From assembly GCA_040390065.1 (NCBI GenBank), contig JAZJZE010000001.1, positions 294,718-358,717 on the forward strand: a stretch of DNA of 64,000 nt, read 5' to 3'. Below are positions 18,579 through 29,055 of the stretch, piece by piece. The position numbers were made by a program, and so were the translations under genes. The stretch's first letter is position 1; every line of letters begins with the position of its first letter. This DNA comes from a bacterium. Lineage in GTDB: Archaea; Thermoplasmatota; E2; JACPAO01; JAHFTW01. The notes beneath the pieces were generated by a model, which was not told the DNA's origin, made no database searches, and worked only from the letters and a program-made list of their open reading frames with translations.

Positions 18579-18619
18579 TCAGCCCTGGGGCCCGGGAATC
18601 CGAAACACGTACTCGACCA

Positions 18620-18731
18620 GCGTCCGTTTTCGAAACCGGCCGTAGCGAAGCGCAAGCCCGTTTCGGCGGGTGGCCGAAGGCCGCCCCCGACGAAGTGGGT
18701 TCGAGCGAAGCGAAGAACCCGCTTCGTCGCT
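18620..18731. repeat. Cluster of GC hairpins with GCGAAGC/GAA loops after the aEF-1beta stop
   Basis: cgacgaagtgggttc…gagcgaagcga…gaacccgcttcgtcg; cccgtttcggcggg; ggccgaaggcc; gtagcgaagcg. Confidence 0.7.
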
Positions 18732-19004
18732 CTACATCAAACGTCCCATGTCCAGCAAATCCGCGCCCTGGATCCCGGGCAGCGACGTGAGGGCCTGCTC
18801 GACGAGGTCGTTGTTGCCTTCGACGTCCTGCACGATGATGGCGACCACGAGGACCTTCATGCCGAAGACGAAGGGCTGGATGTCCGCCTTGGAGACGCGG
18901 CCGACGTTGGCCGGGATGGCTGCGCGCACGGCGGCTTCCATCTTCGACATGTCCGTCGAGGAGTCTTCCGGCGTCAGGCGGTACTTGAGGAGGACTTCTC
19001 CCAT
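18732..19004 (-). CDS. ef1b: Elongation factor 1-beta
   Basis: MGEVLLKYRLTPED…PFVFGMKVL…GRLM typical of aEF-1beta. Confidence 0.92.
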   Translation of the reverse strand: MGEVLLKYRLTPEDSSTDMSKMEAAVRAAIPANVGRVSKADIQPFVFGMKVLVVAIIVQDVEGNNDLVEQALTSLPGIQGADLLDMGRLM

Positions 19005-19123
19005 GCGTCGCGCGACACGGCGGCCCTATTTCATTGCGACGACGGCGGCCCCCTATTGAGGAAGGCCTTTTGCCGCCGGCGGCTCGGGCGCCTCCGATGA
19101 GCGGGGCTGGCCGTGCGTCGTCC

Positions 19124-19840
19124 ATGGACTTGCGCCCCGAGGCCGCCGAGGCCATCGGCGTGTTCTTCCTCGTCGTCGTGGGCTGTGGCGCCATCATGGT
19201 GGACGCGACGGGGGGCGCGCTTGGCCACGTCGGGGTCAGCTTGGCCTTCGCCTTCGTCATCCTCGTCCAAGTCTACGCGCTCGGCCCGGTCTGCGGCGCG
19301 CACTTCAATCCGGCCATCACGCTCGCCTTCGCGGCATCGGGTCATTTCCCGTGGCGTCGGGTCCCATCCTACCTCGGTGCCCAGGTCATCGGCGCAACTG
19401 TTGCGGCCTTCACGCTGAAGGGCCTGCTCGGAAACGTCGCGCATGTGGGGGCAAGTGCGGTTGCTCCGGGGACGACCGTCGCCCACGCGTTCCTTTGGGA
19501 GGCCATCGCGACCTTCCTTCTCGCCCTTGTCATCATCGCCGTCGCAACCGACCGGCGTGCTGCTCCGGCGGCCGCGGGGCTCGCGATCGGGCTCGCGGTC
19601 GGCGTCGGTGCCCTCGTCGCCGGACCTCTTACCGGCGGGTCCATGAATCCGGCCAGAAGCCTCGGCCCGGCCTTGGCCGCCGGCTTCTACGACAACCTGT
19701 GGCTGTACGTCGCTGCCCCCGTCGTCGGCGCGGTCTCGGCGATGCTTGTCTACCAGTGGCTACGCGGAGCAAGCACACCGCGCCACGACGTGCTCGGCGC
19801 CACTGGCCCCGTCGACCTGCACGACGAGGCGGCGCGATGA
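19124..19840 (+). CDS. MIP-family channel (AqpS/GlpF-like, probably arsenite efflux)
   Basis: Two NPA boxes (AHFNPA, GSMNPA); ATGA-coupled to arsC. Confidence 0.9.
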   Translation: MDLRPEAAEAIGVFFLVVVGCGAIMVDATGGALGHVGVSLAFAFVILVQVYALGPVCGAHFNPAITLAFAASGHFPWRRVPSYLGAQVIGATVAAFTLKGLLGNVAHVGASAVAPGTTVAHAFLWEAIATFLLALVIIAVATDRRAAPAAAGLAIGLAVGVGALVAGPLTGGSMNPARSLGPALAAGFYDNLWLYVAAPVVGAVSAMLVYQWLRGASTPRHDVLGATGPVDLHDEAAR

Positions 19841-20235
19841 AACGCTTCACGGTCCTGTTCGCGTGCGTCGGCAACTCTGCCCGCAGCCAGATGGCCGAAG
19901 GCTTCGCCAAGACCCTCGGACGCGGCCGCATCGACGCGCGAAGCGGTGGAAGCAAGCCACTGGGCTACGTTCTGCCCGAGGCCATCCAGGTCATGCGCGA
20001 GAAGGACATCGACATCTCCCGGCATCCCAGCCGCGGCTTCGACGAGGCTTGGGTGCGCGCCGAATGCGACCTGGTCGTCACGATGGGTTGCGGCGACGAC
20101 GCGTGCCCCGCCTTTGTCGGGAAACCGATCGTCGCCTGGGACCTCGACGACCCGAAGGGCAAACCCATCGAGGAATTCCGGCGCGTGCGCGACGACATCG
20201 AGCGGCTGGTCCGGGCGTTGCTCGCGACGCACTAG
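19837..20235 (+). CDS. arsC: Arsenate reductase, LMW-PTP family
   Basis: CVGNSARSQMAEGF P-loop, MGCGDDACP redox pair, WDLDDP. Confidence 0.9.
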   Translation: MKRFTVLFACVGNSARSQMAEGFAKTLGRGRIDARSGGSKPLGYVLPEAIQVMREKDIDISRHPSRGFDEAWVRAECDLVVTMGCGDDACPAFVGKPIVAWDLDDPKGKPIEEFRRVRDDIERLVRALLATH

Positions 20236-20663
20236 GTTGCCAGGTCGAGGCGGAACGCCACGGCCGATGCGGGACACGCCCCGCTTAGTTCCTGCGATGT
20301 TCCAAGCGCCGGCGGCAAGGCCGTGCGGGGAACCTCTTTCCAGCCGAGCCGGGCAAGCAGGGGTGCGATGGTCGTGGTGAGTCCGTAGCCTCGGCTAACG
20401 TGAGCGCGTCGCATCTCCGCAACGCCGGCACCGATGAGGCGCTTGCCGAGACCGGCGCCGCGATGCGCCGGGTCCACGACGAGGGAACGCAGCAGCGCGA
20501 CCGAGCCATACGCTTCGAAGCCGATGCAGCCGATGACCTTGCCGCGATCCCGCCAGACCCAGAGGGTGTCCACGTGGTCGGCGACGCCGGCCGTCGGGAG
20601 CGTTGCGGCCTCGAGGAGAGCTTCGACCGCGGGGAGGTCCGCGGCGGCGGCGCGATGCAGCAT
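20232..20663 (-). CDS. ArsN2-like GNAT N-acetyltransferase
   Basis: ALLRSLVVDPAHRGAGLG, LTTT, C-terminal CPASA; adjacent to arsC. Confidence 0.85.
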   Translation of the reverse strand: MLHRAAAADLPAVEALLEAATLPTAGVADHVDTLWVWRDRGKVIGCIGFEAYGSVALLRSLVVDPAHRGAGLGKRLIGAGVAEMRRAHVSRGYGLTTTIAPLLARLGWKEVPRTALPPALGTSQELSGACPASAVAFRLDLAT

Positions 20664-20734
20664 CGCAAGCGCAAGGCCGTCAGGGCAAGATGAGGCTTGC
20701 CGGCCGCCGCGCGGCGGCATCTGCCAGGTTGCAG

Positions 20735-20809
20735 CGGGCGATGAGGGATTTGAACCCCCGACCAGCGGATTAAAAGTCCGCTGCCATAACCGAGCTAGGC
20801 CAATCGCCC
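20735..20809 (-). tRNA. tRNA-Lys (TTT)
   Basis: 75-nt cloverleaf: GGGCGAT acceptor, GCGGA-CTTTTAA-TCCGC, GGGGG-TTCAAAT-CCCTC. Confidence 0.96.
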
Positions 20810-20871
20810 TTGGGGATATTTCCGCGGACACAGCCGGGGAACAAAAGGGAGACGGGCTTGGTCGTCCACGC

Positions 20872-22419
20872 ATGCGGCTCGCCTTCTCGCTCCTCGTCAT
20901 CCTGGCATTTGCCGGTTGCGCATCCGTTCCGCCTCCGGCCGCGCCCCAGGTTTCGTTCGACCCCCACTGGTCGGAGAAGGCGCTCGCGACGGGGGAAGGC
21001 CACGACCACGCGGACCCGCTGCAGCACCTCAACCTCACGACGCCCAACTTCACCGTCCTGGGCCATGACTCCCTGAACTCCCCGTACTACGGTGGCCCCC
21101 CCGGAGCAACCCTGTGCGGCGACGCGGGGCAGGCGCCCAACGGTCGGCGCATCGCGGCCGTCGAGTCGCGCAGCAACGTCGGCTTCTCCCTCGCCGACGT
21201 CACGAACGCAACGCATCCCGTCTGGCTGGGAGAACTCGTCATGGAGAACACGCGCGTCTACGACCTCGCCGTCGTGCCCGACGGCGCCTACGTGGTGCTG
21301 GTCACGGCGAACCTGGAGAATACGCCCGTGGGGCTGCCCATCCTCGATGCCGCCCCCCGCATGACGTGGCGCAGTCCGTGCGCGCCGGAGCACGAGGTGC
21401 AGCGAGTGGGCCTGGCCGCGACGACCGCGCCCATCCCCGCGCCCGCCCAGGTCTTGCTCGTCGACATTTCGGACCCCGCCAATCCGACCATCGTGGACGG
21501 CCAACCGATCTCCGGCTACGGCCACAGCGTCTTCAGCACGGCCATCGACGGCCGGACGTGGCTGCTGGTCTCGACTCTCGGGCCGTTCCCCCCGGCCGTT
21601 CCGGCGCAAGCCACGAGTGGCTGGGAGTTCTACGAGTTGCAGGCAACGCCTCTCGGCGTGCGCCTCCATTTGCTGTCGACCTACTACGTTCGCGGCGACC
21701 TCGTGACCTCTGTCGGCCAGTTCGCCCACGACGGCGCCATCGCGAAGCATTCGGGCACTGGCCAGACCCTCGGCTACCTCGTCGGCGGCGACCGCGTCAC
21801 CATCGTCGACCTTGCGGACCCGTCCCAGCCGCGCGAGTTGTCGCATTGGAGCGACGTGGTGGCGACGACCGCGGGGCATTCCGGCAACTTCCATTCCGTC
21901 GTCCCGCTCGACAGGTTGTGGAACGGCCGTCACTACACCGTGGTCGGCCCCGAGTTCGGCAACCACCCGGATGGTGCGCCGTCGGGCATCGTCTGGGTGC
22001 TGGACACGACGGATCCAGGCAAGCCGCACGAAGTCGCGGGCTGGACGCTGCCGCATGACCCCGAATGGTCGGGCGAGTACATGTTCAGCGACCACTACTT
22101 CGGCGTCGGCAACAAGACGCTCTACGTCAGCATGTACCACGGCGGCATCTGGGCCGTCGACTTGTCCCCCGTGCTCGACGCCACCCGGGCCGGCTTCCGC
22201 AGCCTCGACTCCATCGGCGTCTTCATGCCAGTCGACGCGGCCGTGCACCCCGCAGTCAAGGTCCGTTGGGCGCCGACGTTGGAGGAAGCCCTCGTCTATT
22301 CCGACGGTGTACTCGTCACGTTCGATTCCTTCACCGGGCTGTGGACGGTGCGCTTCGACGCGGAGCATCCCGCGCCGCCGCCGGCGCCGTGGCCGCTCGT
22401 GCCCCCGCACGGATATTAA
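20872..22419 (+). CDS. LVIVD-repeat lipoprotein (probable beta-propeller)
   Basis: FAGC lipobox; LVDISDPANP, IVDLADPSQPRELS, VLDTTDPGKP, SMYHGGIWAVDL repeats. Confidence 0.8.
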   Translation: MRLAFSLLVILAFAGCASVPPPAAPQVSFDPHWSEKALATGEGHDHADPLQHLNLTTPNFTVLGHDSLNSPYYGGPPGATLCGDAGQAPNGRRIAAVESRSNVGFSLADVTNATHPVWLGELVMENTRVYDLAVVPDGAYVVLVTANLENTPVGLPILDAAPRMTWRSPCAPEHEVQRVGLAATTAPIPAPAQVLLVDISDPANPTIVDGQPISGYGHSVFSTAIDGRTWLLVSTLGPFPPAVPAQATSGWEFYELQATPLGVRLHLLSTYYVRGDLVTSVGQFAHDGAIAKHSGTGQTLGYLVGGDRVTIVDLADPSQPRELSHWSDVVATTAGHSGNFHSVVPLDRLWNGRHYTVVGPEFGNHPDGAPSGIVWVLDTTDPGKPHEVAGWTLPHDPEWSGEYMFSDHYFGVGNKTLYVSMYHGGIWAVDLSPVLDATRAGFRSLDSIGVFMPVDAAVHPAVKVRWAPTLEEALVYSDGVLVTFDSFTGLWTVRFDAEHPAPPPAPWPLVPPHGY

Positions 22420-22517
22420 AAAAGGCGCTGGGAAAGCCCGAACCCATTCACCCACCCGTTAGGAACCTTCAAGTCAGGCCACCCCATATTCGGAAGGTTC
22501 CGGGGAGGGCTCAACGG

Positions 22518-22524
22518 TTTTATA
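22518..22524 (+). promoter_or_regulatory. TATA box of the rpoH-B-A operon
   Basis: TTTTATA followed by a C-run, about 140 bp upstream of rpoH. Confidence 0.6.
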
Positions 22525-22666
22525 CCCCCCCCGCGTCGGCGCGAAGTGCAGCGCCAGATTCCGGGTTAGCTTGGGCCATCCCGCCGTGGCCCTCGACCCT
22601 GGAGCGAGGAGAAGCCGCAAGGCCGAGTCTCGACATGCAAGCCGTCCCCAACGTCCAGGTGTTTTT

Positions 22667-22936
22667 GTGAGCGACGAGGTCACCCCCGCCAACGTCAGCC
22701 GGTTCAACGTCCTGAACCACCAGAACGTCCCCCTCCACACGGTCCTCGCGACCGACGAGGAGAAGGCCCTTCTCAAGAAGTACGCCATCGTCAAGGAGCA
22801 GTTGCCCAAGATCCGCTCCACCGACCCCGCAGCCAAGGTCGTGAACGCCAAGCCGGGCAACATCATCCGCATCACGCGCCGCAGCCCCACCGCCGGGACC
22901 GCCGTCGCCTACCGTCTCGTCGTCGAGGCCATCTAA
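22667..22936 (+). CDS. rpoH: RNA polymerase subunit H (Rpo5)
   Basis: HQNVPLH…QLPKIRSTDP…AKPGNIIRITRRSPTAG…YRLVV; AGGTG SD. Confidence 0.96.
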   Translation: MSDEVTPANVSRFNVLNHQNVPLHTVLATDEEKALLKKYAIVKEQLPKIRSTDPAAKVVNAKPGNIIRITRRSPTAGTAVAYRLVVEAI

Positions 22937-22948
22937 GGAGTCTTTGTC

Positions 22949-25900
22949 ATGCGCGAACTTGTTGACGCCTTCTACGCCGAACGCTCGATCGTGAACCACC
23001 ACATCGCCTCGTTCAACGACTTCCTGGCCCACCGCCTGCAACACGTCATCGACAACATCCGCATCGGCGACGAGGAGACCGCCGAGCGCGGCGTCGTCCA
23101 GACCGACATCGAGGGCTTCTTCATCAAGCTCGGCAAGGTCTCGGTCGGCCGCCCCGTCGTCAAGGAAGCCGACGGCTCGCTGCGCCCGCTCACCCCGATG
23201 GAGAGCCGCCTGCGCAACCTCACGTACCAAGCCCCCCTGACGCTGGAGTTCATCCGCGTCATCGACGGCATCGAGCACGAACCCGAGCTCGTCAACATCG
23301 GCCGCCTGCCGATCATGGTACACTCGGGCCACTGCAACATCAACCGCAAGATCCTGGACGAGTCCGAGGGCCGCGCCCTCTCCGAGGAGGAATACAAGAA
23401 CAAGCTCGTCGAACTCCAGGAAGACCCCCTCGACCCGGGAGGCTATTTCATCTCCAACGGCACCGAGCGTGTCCTCATCACCCTCGAAGACTTGGCGCCC
23501 AACCGCGTCCTCGTCGAGAAGGCCACGCGCTACGGCACCGACGTCGAGATCGCCAAGGTGTTCTCGCAGCACGAAGGCTACCGCGCCCTCGTCGTCGTCG
23601 AGCGCAAGAAGGACGGCGACCTCATGGTCACGGTCCCCAGCGCCTCCGGTCAAATCCCCCTGGTCGTGCTCCTGCGCGCCCTCGGCATGGAGTCGGACGA
23701 AGAAATCGTCCACGCTATCATGACGGACAAGAAGGAGCAGGGCGCCATGGAGCCCCTCATCTTCGGCAACATCGAATCCGCCGCCGAAGAGTACGGCGTC
23801 ACCACGCGCGAGGACGCAATCGGCTACCTCGGCAAGCGCCTTGCCGGCGGCCAGGCCAAGGAGTACCGCGTCAAGCGCGTCGAGGCCCTCATGGACCGCA
23901 ACCTGCTGCCGCACCTCGGCCAGGAACCCGAGGACCGCATCACGAAGGCCATCTTCCTCGCCCGCATGGGCTCCGCCGTCTTCGAACTGTTCCTCGGCCT
24001 GCGCGAAGAGGACGACAAGGACCACTACGCCAACAAGCGCCTGAAGCTGGCCGGCGACCTCATGGAGGACCTGTTCCGCGTCGCCTTCATGGCGCTCTGC
24101 AAGGACCTCAAGTACCAACTCGAACGCGCCCACGCCCGCAACCGCGACGTCAAGATCCAGACCGCCGTCCGCGCCGATGTCCTGACGCAGCGCCTGCTGC
24201 ACAGCCTCGCGACGGGCAACTGGGTCTCCGGCCGCGCCGGCGTCTCGCAACTCCTGGACCGCACGTCGAACCTCGCCGCGTTGTCGCACATGCGCCGCGT
24301 GACGTCGCCCCTGACGCGCAGCCAGCCGCACTTCGAGGCCCGTGACCTGCACTCCACGCAGTGGGGCCGCTTGTGCCCCAACGAGACCCCCGAGGGTCCG
24401 AACTGCGGCCTTGTCAAGAACCTCAGCCTCTGCGTCGAGATTTCCGAAGGCTTCCCCGAACGCGAAGTCGAACGCGTGCTGCGCGACTTCGGCCTACGCC
24501 CCGTCGAGCGCGACAGCCCCGACGCCCAGGTCTACCTCAACGGCGACCTCGTCGGCTTGCACCCCGACCCGGCAGATCTCCTCAAGCGCATCAAGGAACG
24601 CCGCCGCGCCGGCCTCCTGTCGAACGAGGTCAACGTCTACCACGACGCCGACTCCAACGCTGTCTTCCTCAACTGCGACGCCGGCCGTGTCCGCCGCCCG
24701 CTCCTGGTCTCCGACCACGGCAAGCTCCGGTACACGAAGGAGTACACGAAGGACCTGAAGGAGAACCGCCTGCGCTGGTCCGACCTCATCAACGAGGGCA
24801 TCATCGAGTACATCGACGCCGAAGAGGAAGAGAACCTCTTCATCGCAATGGACGAGAAGACGGTGCAGAAGGACCACACGCACTGCGAGATCGACCCCAT
24901 GATCATCCTGGGCATCGGCTCCAGTCTGGTTCCGTACCCCGAGCACAACTCGTCGCCCCGCATCACGATGGGCGCCGGCATGGGCAAGCAATCCCTCGGC
25001 TTCGGCGACGCGAACTACCGCATCCGCCCCGACACGCGCGGCCACCTGCTGCACGCGCCGCAGGCCCCGCTCGTGCAGACGCACCCCGGCGAATACATCC
25101 ACTTCAACCAGCGCCCCGCTGGCCAGAACTTCGTGGTCGCCGTGATGTCGTTCCACGGGTACAACATGGAAGACGCCATCGTCATGTCCAAGGCCTCCAT
25201 CGAGCGCGGCCTGGGACGCAGCACGTTCTTCCGCACGTACTCGACGGAGGAGCGCCGCTACCCCGGAGGCCAGGAAGACCGCTTCGAGCGCCCTGACCCC
25301 GAGTGCCGCGGTGTGCGCCCCGAGGAGATGTACGCCTACATCGAGGAGGACGGCCTCATCTCGCCGGAGCGCAACGTCAACGGCGGCGACGTCTTGATCG
25401 GCAAGACCAGCCCGCCGCGCTTCCTCGAGGAGCCCACGGATTTCCTCACGCCGCAGAAGCGCCGCGAGACGTCCGTCACGGTCCGCCACGGCGAGGCCGG
25501 CTGGGTCGACACGGTCATGCTCACCGAGTCCGTGAACGGCTCGCGCATGGTCAAGATCAAGGTCCGCGACCAGCGCATCCCTGAGCTCGGCGACAAGTTC
25601 GCCTCCAAGCACGGCCAGAAGGGCGTGTTGGGCCTCATGGTGCCGCAGGAGGGCTTGCCCTTCGACGAGGACGGCATGACGCCGGACATCGTCGTGAACC
25701 CGCACGCCATCCCGTCGCGCATGACGGTCGCGCACGTCTTGGAGATGATCGGTGGCCTCGTCGGATCGGCTGAGGGCCGCTTCATCGACGGCACGGCATT
25801 CTCCGGCGTCGACGACGAGACGGTGCTGCGCACGGCCCTGCTGAAGAACGGCTTCAAGCACAACGGCCGCACGCGCCTGCACGACGGCCAGACCGGCCGC

Positions 25901-26326
25901 ATGTTCGAGGTCGACATCTTCGTCGGCTGCATCTACTACCAGAAGCTGCACCACATGGTCGCCGGCAAGATCCACGCCCGCAGCCGCGGCCCCGTGCAGA
26001 TCCTGACCCGCCAGCCCACCGAAGGGCGCGCCCGTGACGGTGGTCTGCGCTTCGGTGAAATGGAACGCGATGCCCTCATCGGCCACGGCGCCGCGATGGT
26101 CATCAAGGACCGCCTCCTCGACGAGTCGGACCTCACGACGCAGTACGTCTGCGACAAGTGCGGCCACGTCGCCATGCTGGACCGCCGCGGCTTCTACCGC
26201 TGCACCGTGTGCGGCGACGACGCCGACATCCACCCGGTCGAGATGTCCTACGCGTACAAGCTTCTCATGGAAGAATTGAAGAGTCTCATCGTCGCGCCGC
26301 GCATGCGGCTGCAGGCGTTGGTGTAA
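22949..26326 (+). CDS. rpoB: RNA polymerase subunit B (Rpo2, unsplit)
   Basis: [49 protein letters not shown]-terminal Zn finger. Confidence 0.98.
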   Translation: MRELVDAFYAERSIVNHHIASFNDFLAHRLQHVIDNIRIGDEETAERGVVQTDIEGFFIKLGKVSVGRPVVKEADGSLRPLTPMESRLRNLTYQAPLTLEFIRVIDGIEHEPELVNIGRLPIMVHSGHCNINRKILDESEGRALSEEEYKNKLVELQEDPLDPGGYFISNGTERVLITLEDLAPNRVLVEKATRYGTDVEIAKVFSQHEGYRALVVVERKKDGDLMVTVPSASGQIPLVVLLRALGMESDEEIVHAIMTDKKEQGAMEPLIFGNIESAAEEYGVTTREDAIGYLGKRLAGGQAKEYRVKRVEALMDRNLLPHLGQEPEDRITKAIFLARMGSAVFELFLGLREEDDKDHYANKRLKLAGDLMEDLFRVAFMALCKDLKYQLERAHARNRDVKIQTAVRADVLTQRLLHSLATGNWVSGRAGVSQLLDRTSNLAALSHMRRVTSPLTRSQPHFEARDLHSTQWGRLCPNETPEGPNCGLVKNLSLCVEISEGFPEREVERVLRDFGLRPVERDSPDAQVYLNGDLVGLHPDPADLLKRIKERRRAGLLSNEVNVYHDADSNAVFLNCDAGRVRRPLLVSDHGKLRYTKEYTKDLKENRLRWSDLINEGIIEYIDAEEEENLFIAMDEKTVQKDHTHCEIDPMIILGIGSSLVPYPEHNSSPRITMGAGMGKQSLGFGDANYRIRPDTRGHLLHAPQAPLVQTHPGEYIHFNQRPAGQNFVVAVMSFHGYNMEDAIVMSKASIERGLGRSTFFRTYSTEERRYPGGQEDRFERPDPECRGVRPEEMYAYIEEDGLISPERNVNGGDVLIGKTSPPRFLEEPTDFLTPQKRRETSVTVRHGEAGWVDTVMLTESVNGSRMVKIKVRDQRIPELGDKFASKHGQKGVLGLMVPQEGLPFDEDGMTPDIVVNPHAIPSRMTVAHVLEMIGGLVGSAEGRFIDGTAFSGVDDETVLRTALLKNGFKHNGRTRLHDGQTGRMFEVDIFVGCIYYQKLHHMVAGKIHARSRGPVQILTRQPTEGRARDGGLRFGEMERDALIGHGAAMVIKDRLLDESDLTTQYVCDKCGHVAMLDRRGFYRCTVCGDDADIHPVEMSYAYKLLMEELKSLIVAPRMRLQALV

Positions 26327-26340
26327 CAGGAGGAGAAACC

Positions 26341-29055
26341 ATGCGACAAATGCTCACCAACCAGCCCAAGAAGATCGGCCACATGGAATTCGGCCTGCTG
26401 TCTCCGAAGGAGATCCGCGGCCTGTCCGCCACGAAGGTCATCACCGCCGACACGTACGACGACGACGGCTTCCCCATCGAGATGGGTCTCATGGACCCCC
26501 GCCTCGGCGTCATCGAGCCCGGCCTGCGCTGCAAGACGTGCGGCCAGAAAGTCGGCGACTGCCCCGGACACTTCGGGCACATCGACCTGGCGATGCCAGT
26601 CATCCACGTCGGCTTCGTCCGCGTCGTGCGCGACATCCTGCGCGCCTCGTGCCGCGGCTGCGGCAAGCTGCTCTTCAGCGAGCGCCTGCGCCAGGACTTC
26701 GACAAGGACTACAAGACGTACCTGCAGGAGGAGAAGGACACCGCCATCCTCGCCAAGCGCGTCTCCAAGGAAGCCTCCAACGTGACCGTGTGCCCGCACT
26801 GCGGCCGCGAGCACGGCACGATTGACGTCGACAAACCCACGACCTTCCGCGAGAACGGCCACAAGATGACGCCGTCGGAAGTGCGCGAGTGGCTCGAGAA
26901 GGTCCCGAACGAGGACCTGCCGCTCTTGGGTCTCAACCCGAACGTGTGCCGCCCCGAGTGGATGGTCCTCACCGTGCTGCCGGTCCCGCCGGTCACGATG
27001 CGCCCGTCCATCACCCTCGAATCCGGTGAGCGCTCGGAGGACGACCTGACGCACAAGCTCGTCGACGTCATCCGCATCAACCAGCGACTGCAGGAGAACC
27101 GCGATGCCGGCGCTCCGCAACTCATCGTCGAAGACCTGTGGGAACTCTTGCAGTACCACATCACGACGTACTTCGACAACCAGACGGCCGGCATCCCGCC
27201 CGCGCGCCACCGCTCGGGCCGTCCGCTCAAGACCATCAGCCAGCGCCTCAAGGGCAAGGAAGGCCGCTTCCGCTCGAACCTGTCGGGCAAGCGCGTCAAC
27301 TTCTCTGCGCGTACGGTCATCAGCCCGGACCCGAACCTGTCGATCAACGAGGTCGGCGTCCCCATCGAGTGCGCCCAGGAACTCACCGTCCCCGTGCGCG
27401 TCACGCCAGCCAACTACGCGTACTGCATGGACATGATCCTGCGCGGCCCGACGCCGCCGTTCGAGGGCACGAAGTACCGCCCTGGCGTCAACTACGTCAT
27501 CCGCCCCGACGCGCGCCGCGTCAAGGTCACGGACAAGAACGCCGACGAAGTCGCCAAGCGCCTCGAAGTCGGCTCCATCATGGAGCGCCAACTGGACGAC
27601 GGCGACGTCGTCCTGTTCAACCGGCAGCCGACGCTGCACCGCATGTCGATGATGGCCCACACGGTCCGCGTCATGCCGGGCAAGACGTTCAGGTTCAACC
27701 TCCCGTGCTGCCCGCCGTACAACGCCGACTTCGACGGCGACGAGATGAACATGCACGTGCTGCAGGGCGAAGAGGCCCGCGCCGAAGCCGAGATCCTCAT
27801 GAAGGTGCAGGAGAACATCCGTTCCCCGCGCTTTGGCGGTCCCATCATCGGCGCCATCCACGACCACATCTCCGGCAACTTCCTGCTCACGTGGAAGAAC
27901 CCGAAGCTGTCGATCGAGGACGCGACCCAAGTGCTCGCCCGCGTCGGCTTCAAGGGCCAATCCCCGCCCATCAGCGAGGAGCAGGACGCCCGCGGCGAGA
28001 CGCGTCGCTTCGTCTACGGCCGCGACCTGTTCAGCACCCTCTTGCCTCCCGGCATCAACCTGAGCTACGCCTCCGCGGCCCGCCCGTCGGGCCAGAGCAA
28101 GGAAGACGCCAAGAAGCCGGAGAACGACTTCTGGGTCGACATCCAGGACGGCAAACTCATCGCTGGCGGCATCGACAAGGCGTCAATCTCGTCGGAGAAG
28201 GGCAAACTCCTGGACCACATCGCCCGCCGCTTCGGCAACGACGAGGCCCGCAAGTTCCTCGACAAGGTCACCAAGGTCGGCAACGGCTACCTCACGCTGC
28301 GCGGCTTCTCCACGTCCATCGAGGACGAGGACCTGCCACCCGAGGCGCGCGCCGAGATCGAGGAGAAGGTCCGCCAGACGAAGGAACGCGTCGACGCCCT
28401 GCTGAAGCAATACAAGAAGGGCGAACTGCAGAACCTTCCCGGGCGCTCCATCGAGGAGACGCTCGAGATGGAGATCATGCGCGAGACCGGCCAGGCCCGT
28501 GACGCCGCCGGTGAGACGGCTTCCCGTTCGCTCGGCATGGACAACTCCGCTGTGCTGATGGCGCGCTGTGGTGCCCGTGGCTCGATGCTCAACCTGTCGC
28601 AGATGGCCGGCCTCGTCGGCCAGCAAGCCGTCCGTGGCAAGCGCATCCACCGCGGCTACCAGAAGCGGACACTTCCCCACTTCAAGTGGGGCGACCTCGG
28701 CGCCGAAGCGAAGGGCTTCGTGGCCGCGTCGTACAAGACCGGCCTGTCGCCGACGGAATACTTCTTCCACTCGATGGGTGGCCGCGAAGGTCTCGTCGAC
28801 ACGGCCGTGCGCACGAGCCGCTCCGGCTACATGCAGCGCCGTCTCATCAACGCCCTCGAGGACCTCAAGGTCGCCCAGGATGGAACGGTGCGCAACACCG
28901 CCGGCACCATCATCCAGTTCACGTACGGTGAAGACGGCGTCGACCCGACGCGCTCCGTCGGCGGCGAGCCGGTGGACTTCGAGCAGATCTTCGCCGAAGT
29001 CAAGCGCGGCGGCAAGGCCGAAAAGCCCACGGCCGCCAAGAAGGGAGGCAAGTAG
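26341..29055 (+). CDS. rpoA1: RNA polymerase subunit A' (Rpo1N)
   Basis: CPGHFGHI, GKRVNFSAR, catalytic YNADFDGDEMN, GGREGLVDTAVRT; AGGAGG SD. Confidence 0.98.
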   Translation: MRQMLTNQPKKIGHMEFGLLSPKEIRGLSATKVITADTYDDDGFPIEMGLMDPRLGVIEPGLRCKTCGQKVGDCPGHFGHIDLAMPVIHVGFVRVVRDILRASCRGCGKLLFSERLRQDFDKDYKTYLQEEKDTAILAKRVSKEASNVTVCPHCGREHGTIDVDKPTTFRENGHKMTPSEVREWLEKVPNEDLPLLGLNPNVCRPEWMVLTVLPVPPVTMRPSITLESGERSEDDLTHKLVDVIRINQRLQENRDAGAPQLIVEDLWELLQYHITTYFDNQTAGIPPARHRSGRPLKTISQRLKGKEGRFRSNLSGKRVNFSARTVISPDPNLSINEVGVPIECAQELTVPVRVTPANYAYCMDMILRGPTPPFEGTKYRPGVNYVIRPDARRVKVTDKNADEVAKRLEVGSIMERQLDDGDVVLFNRQPTLHRMSMMAHTVRVMPGKTFRFNLPCCPPYNADFDGDEMNMHVLQGEEARAEAEILMKVQENIRSPRFGGPIIGAIHDHISGNFLLTWKNPKLSIEDATQVLARVGFKGQSPPISEEQDARGETRRFVYGRDLFSTLLPPGINLSYASAARPSGQSKEDAKKPENDFWVDIQDGKLIAGGIDKASISSEKGKLLDHIARRFGNDEARKFLDKVTKVGNGYLTLRGFSTSIEDEDLPPEARAEIEEKVRQTKERVDALLKQYKKGELQNLPGRSIEETLEMEIMRETGQARDAAGETASRSLGMDNSAVLMARCGARGSMLNLSQMAGLVGQQAVRGKRIHRGYQKRTLPHFKWGDLGAEAKGFVAASYKTGLSPTEYFFHSMGGREGLVDTAVRTSRSGYMQRRLINALEDLKVAQDGTVRNTAGTIIQFTYGEDGVDPTRSVGGEPVDFEQIFAEVKRGGKAEKPTAAKKGGK

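Noticed and set aside
18579-18625. Possible recoded duplicate of aEF-1beta (LVEYVFRIPGPQG vs LVEQALTSLPGIQG)
   Set aside because: It needs a gap, is not the terminal segment and has many non-synonymous differences; too weak compared with the nusA case
20664-21053. N-terminal extension of the GNAT ORF (20232-21053)
   Set aside because: It runs through tRNA-Lys; the real start is most likely ATG 20663
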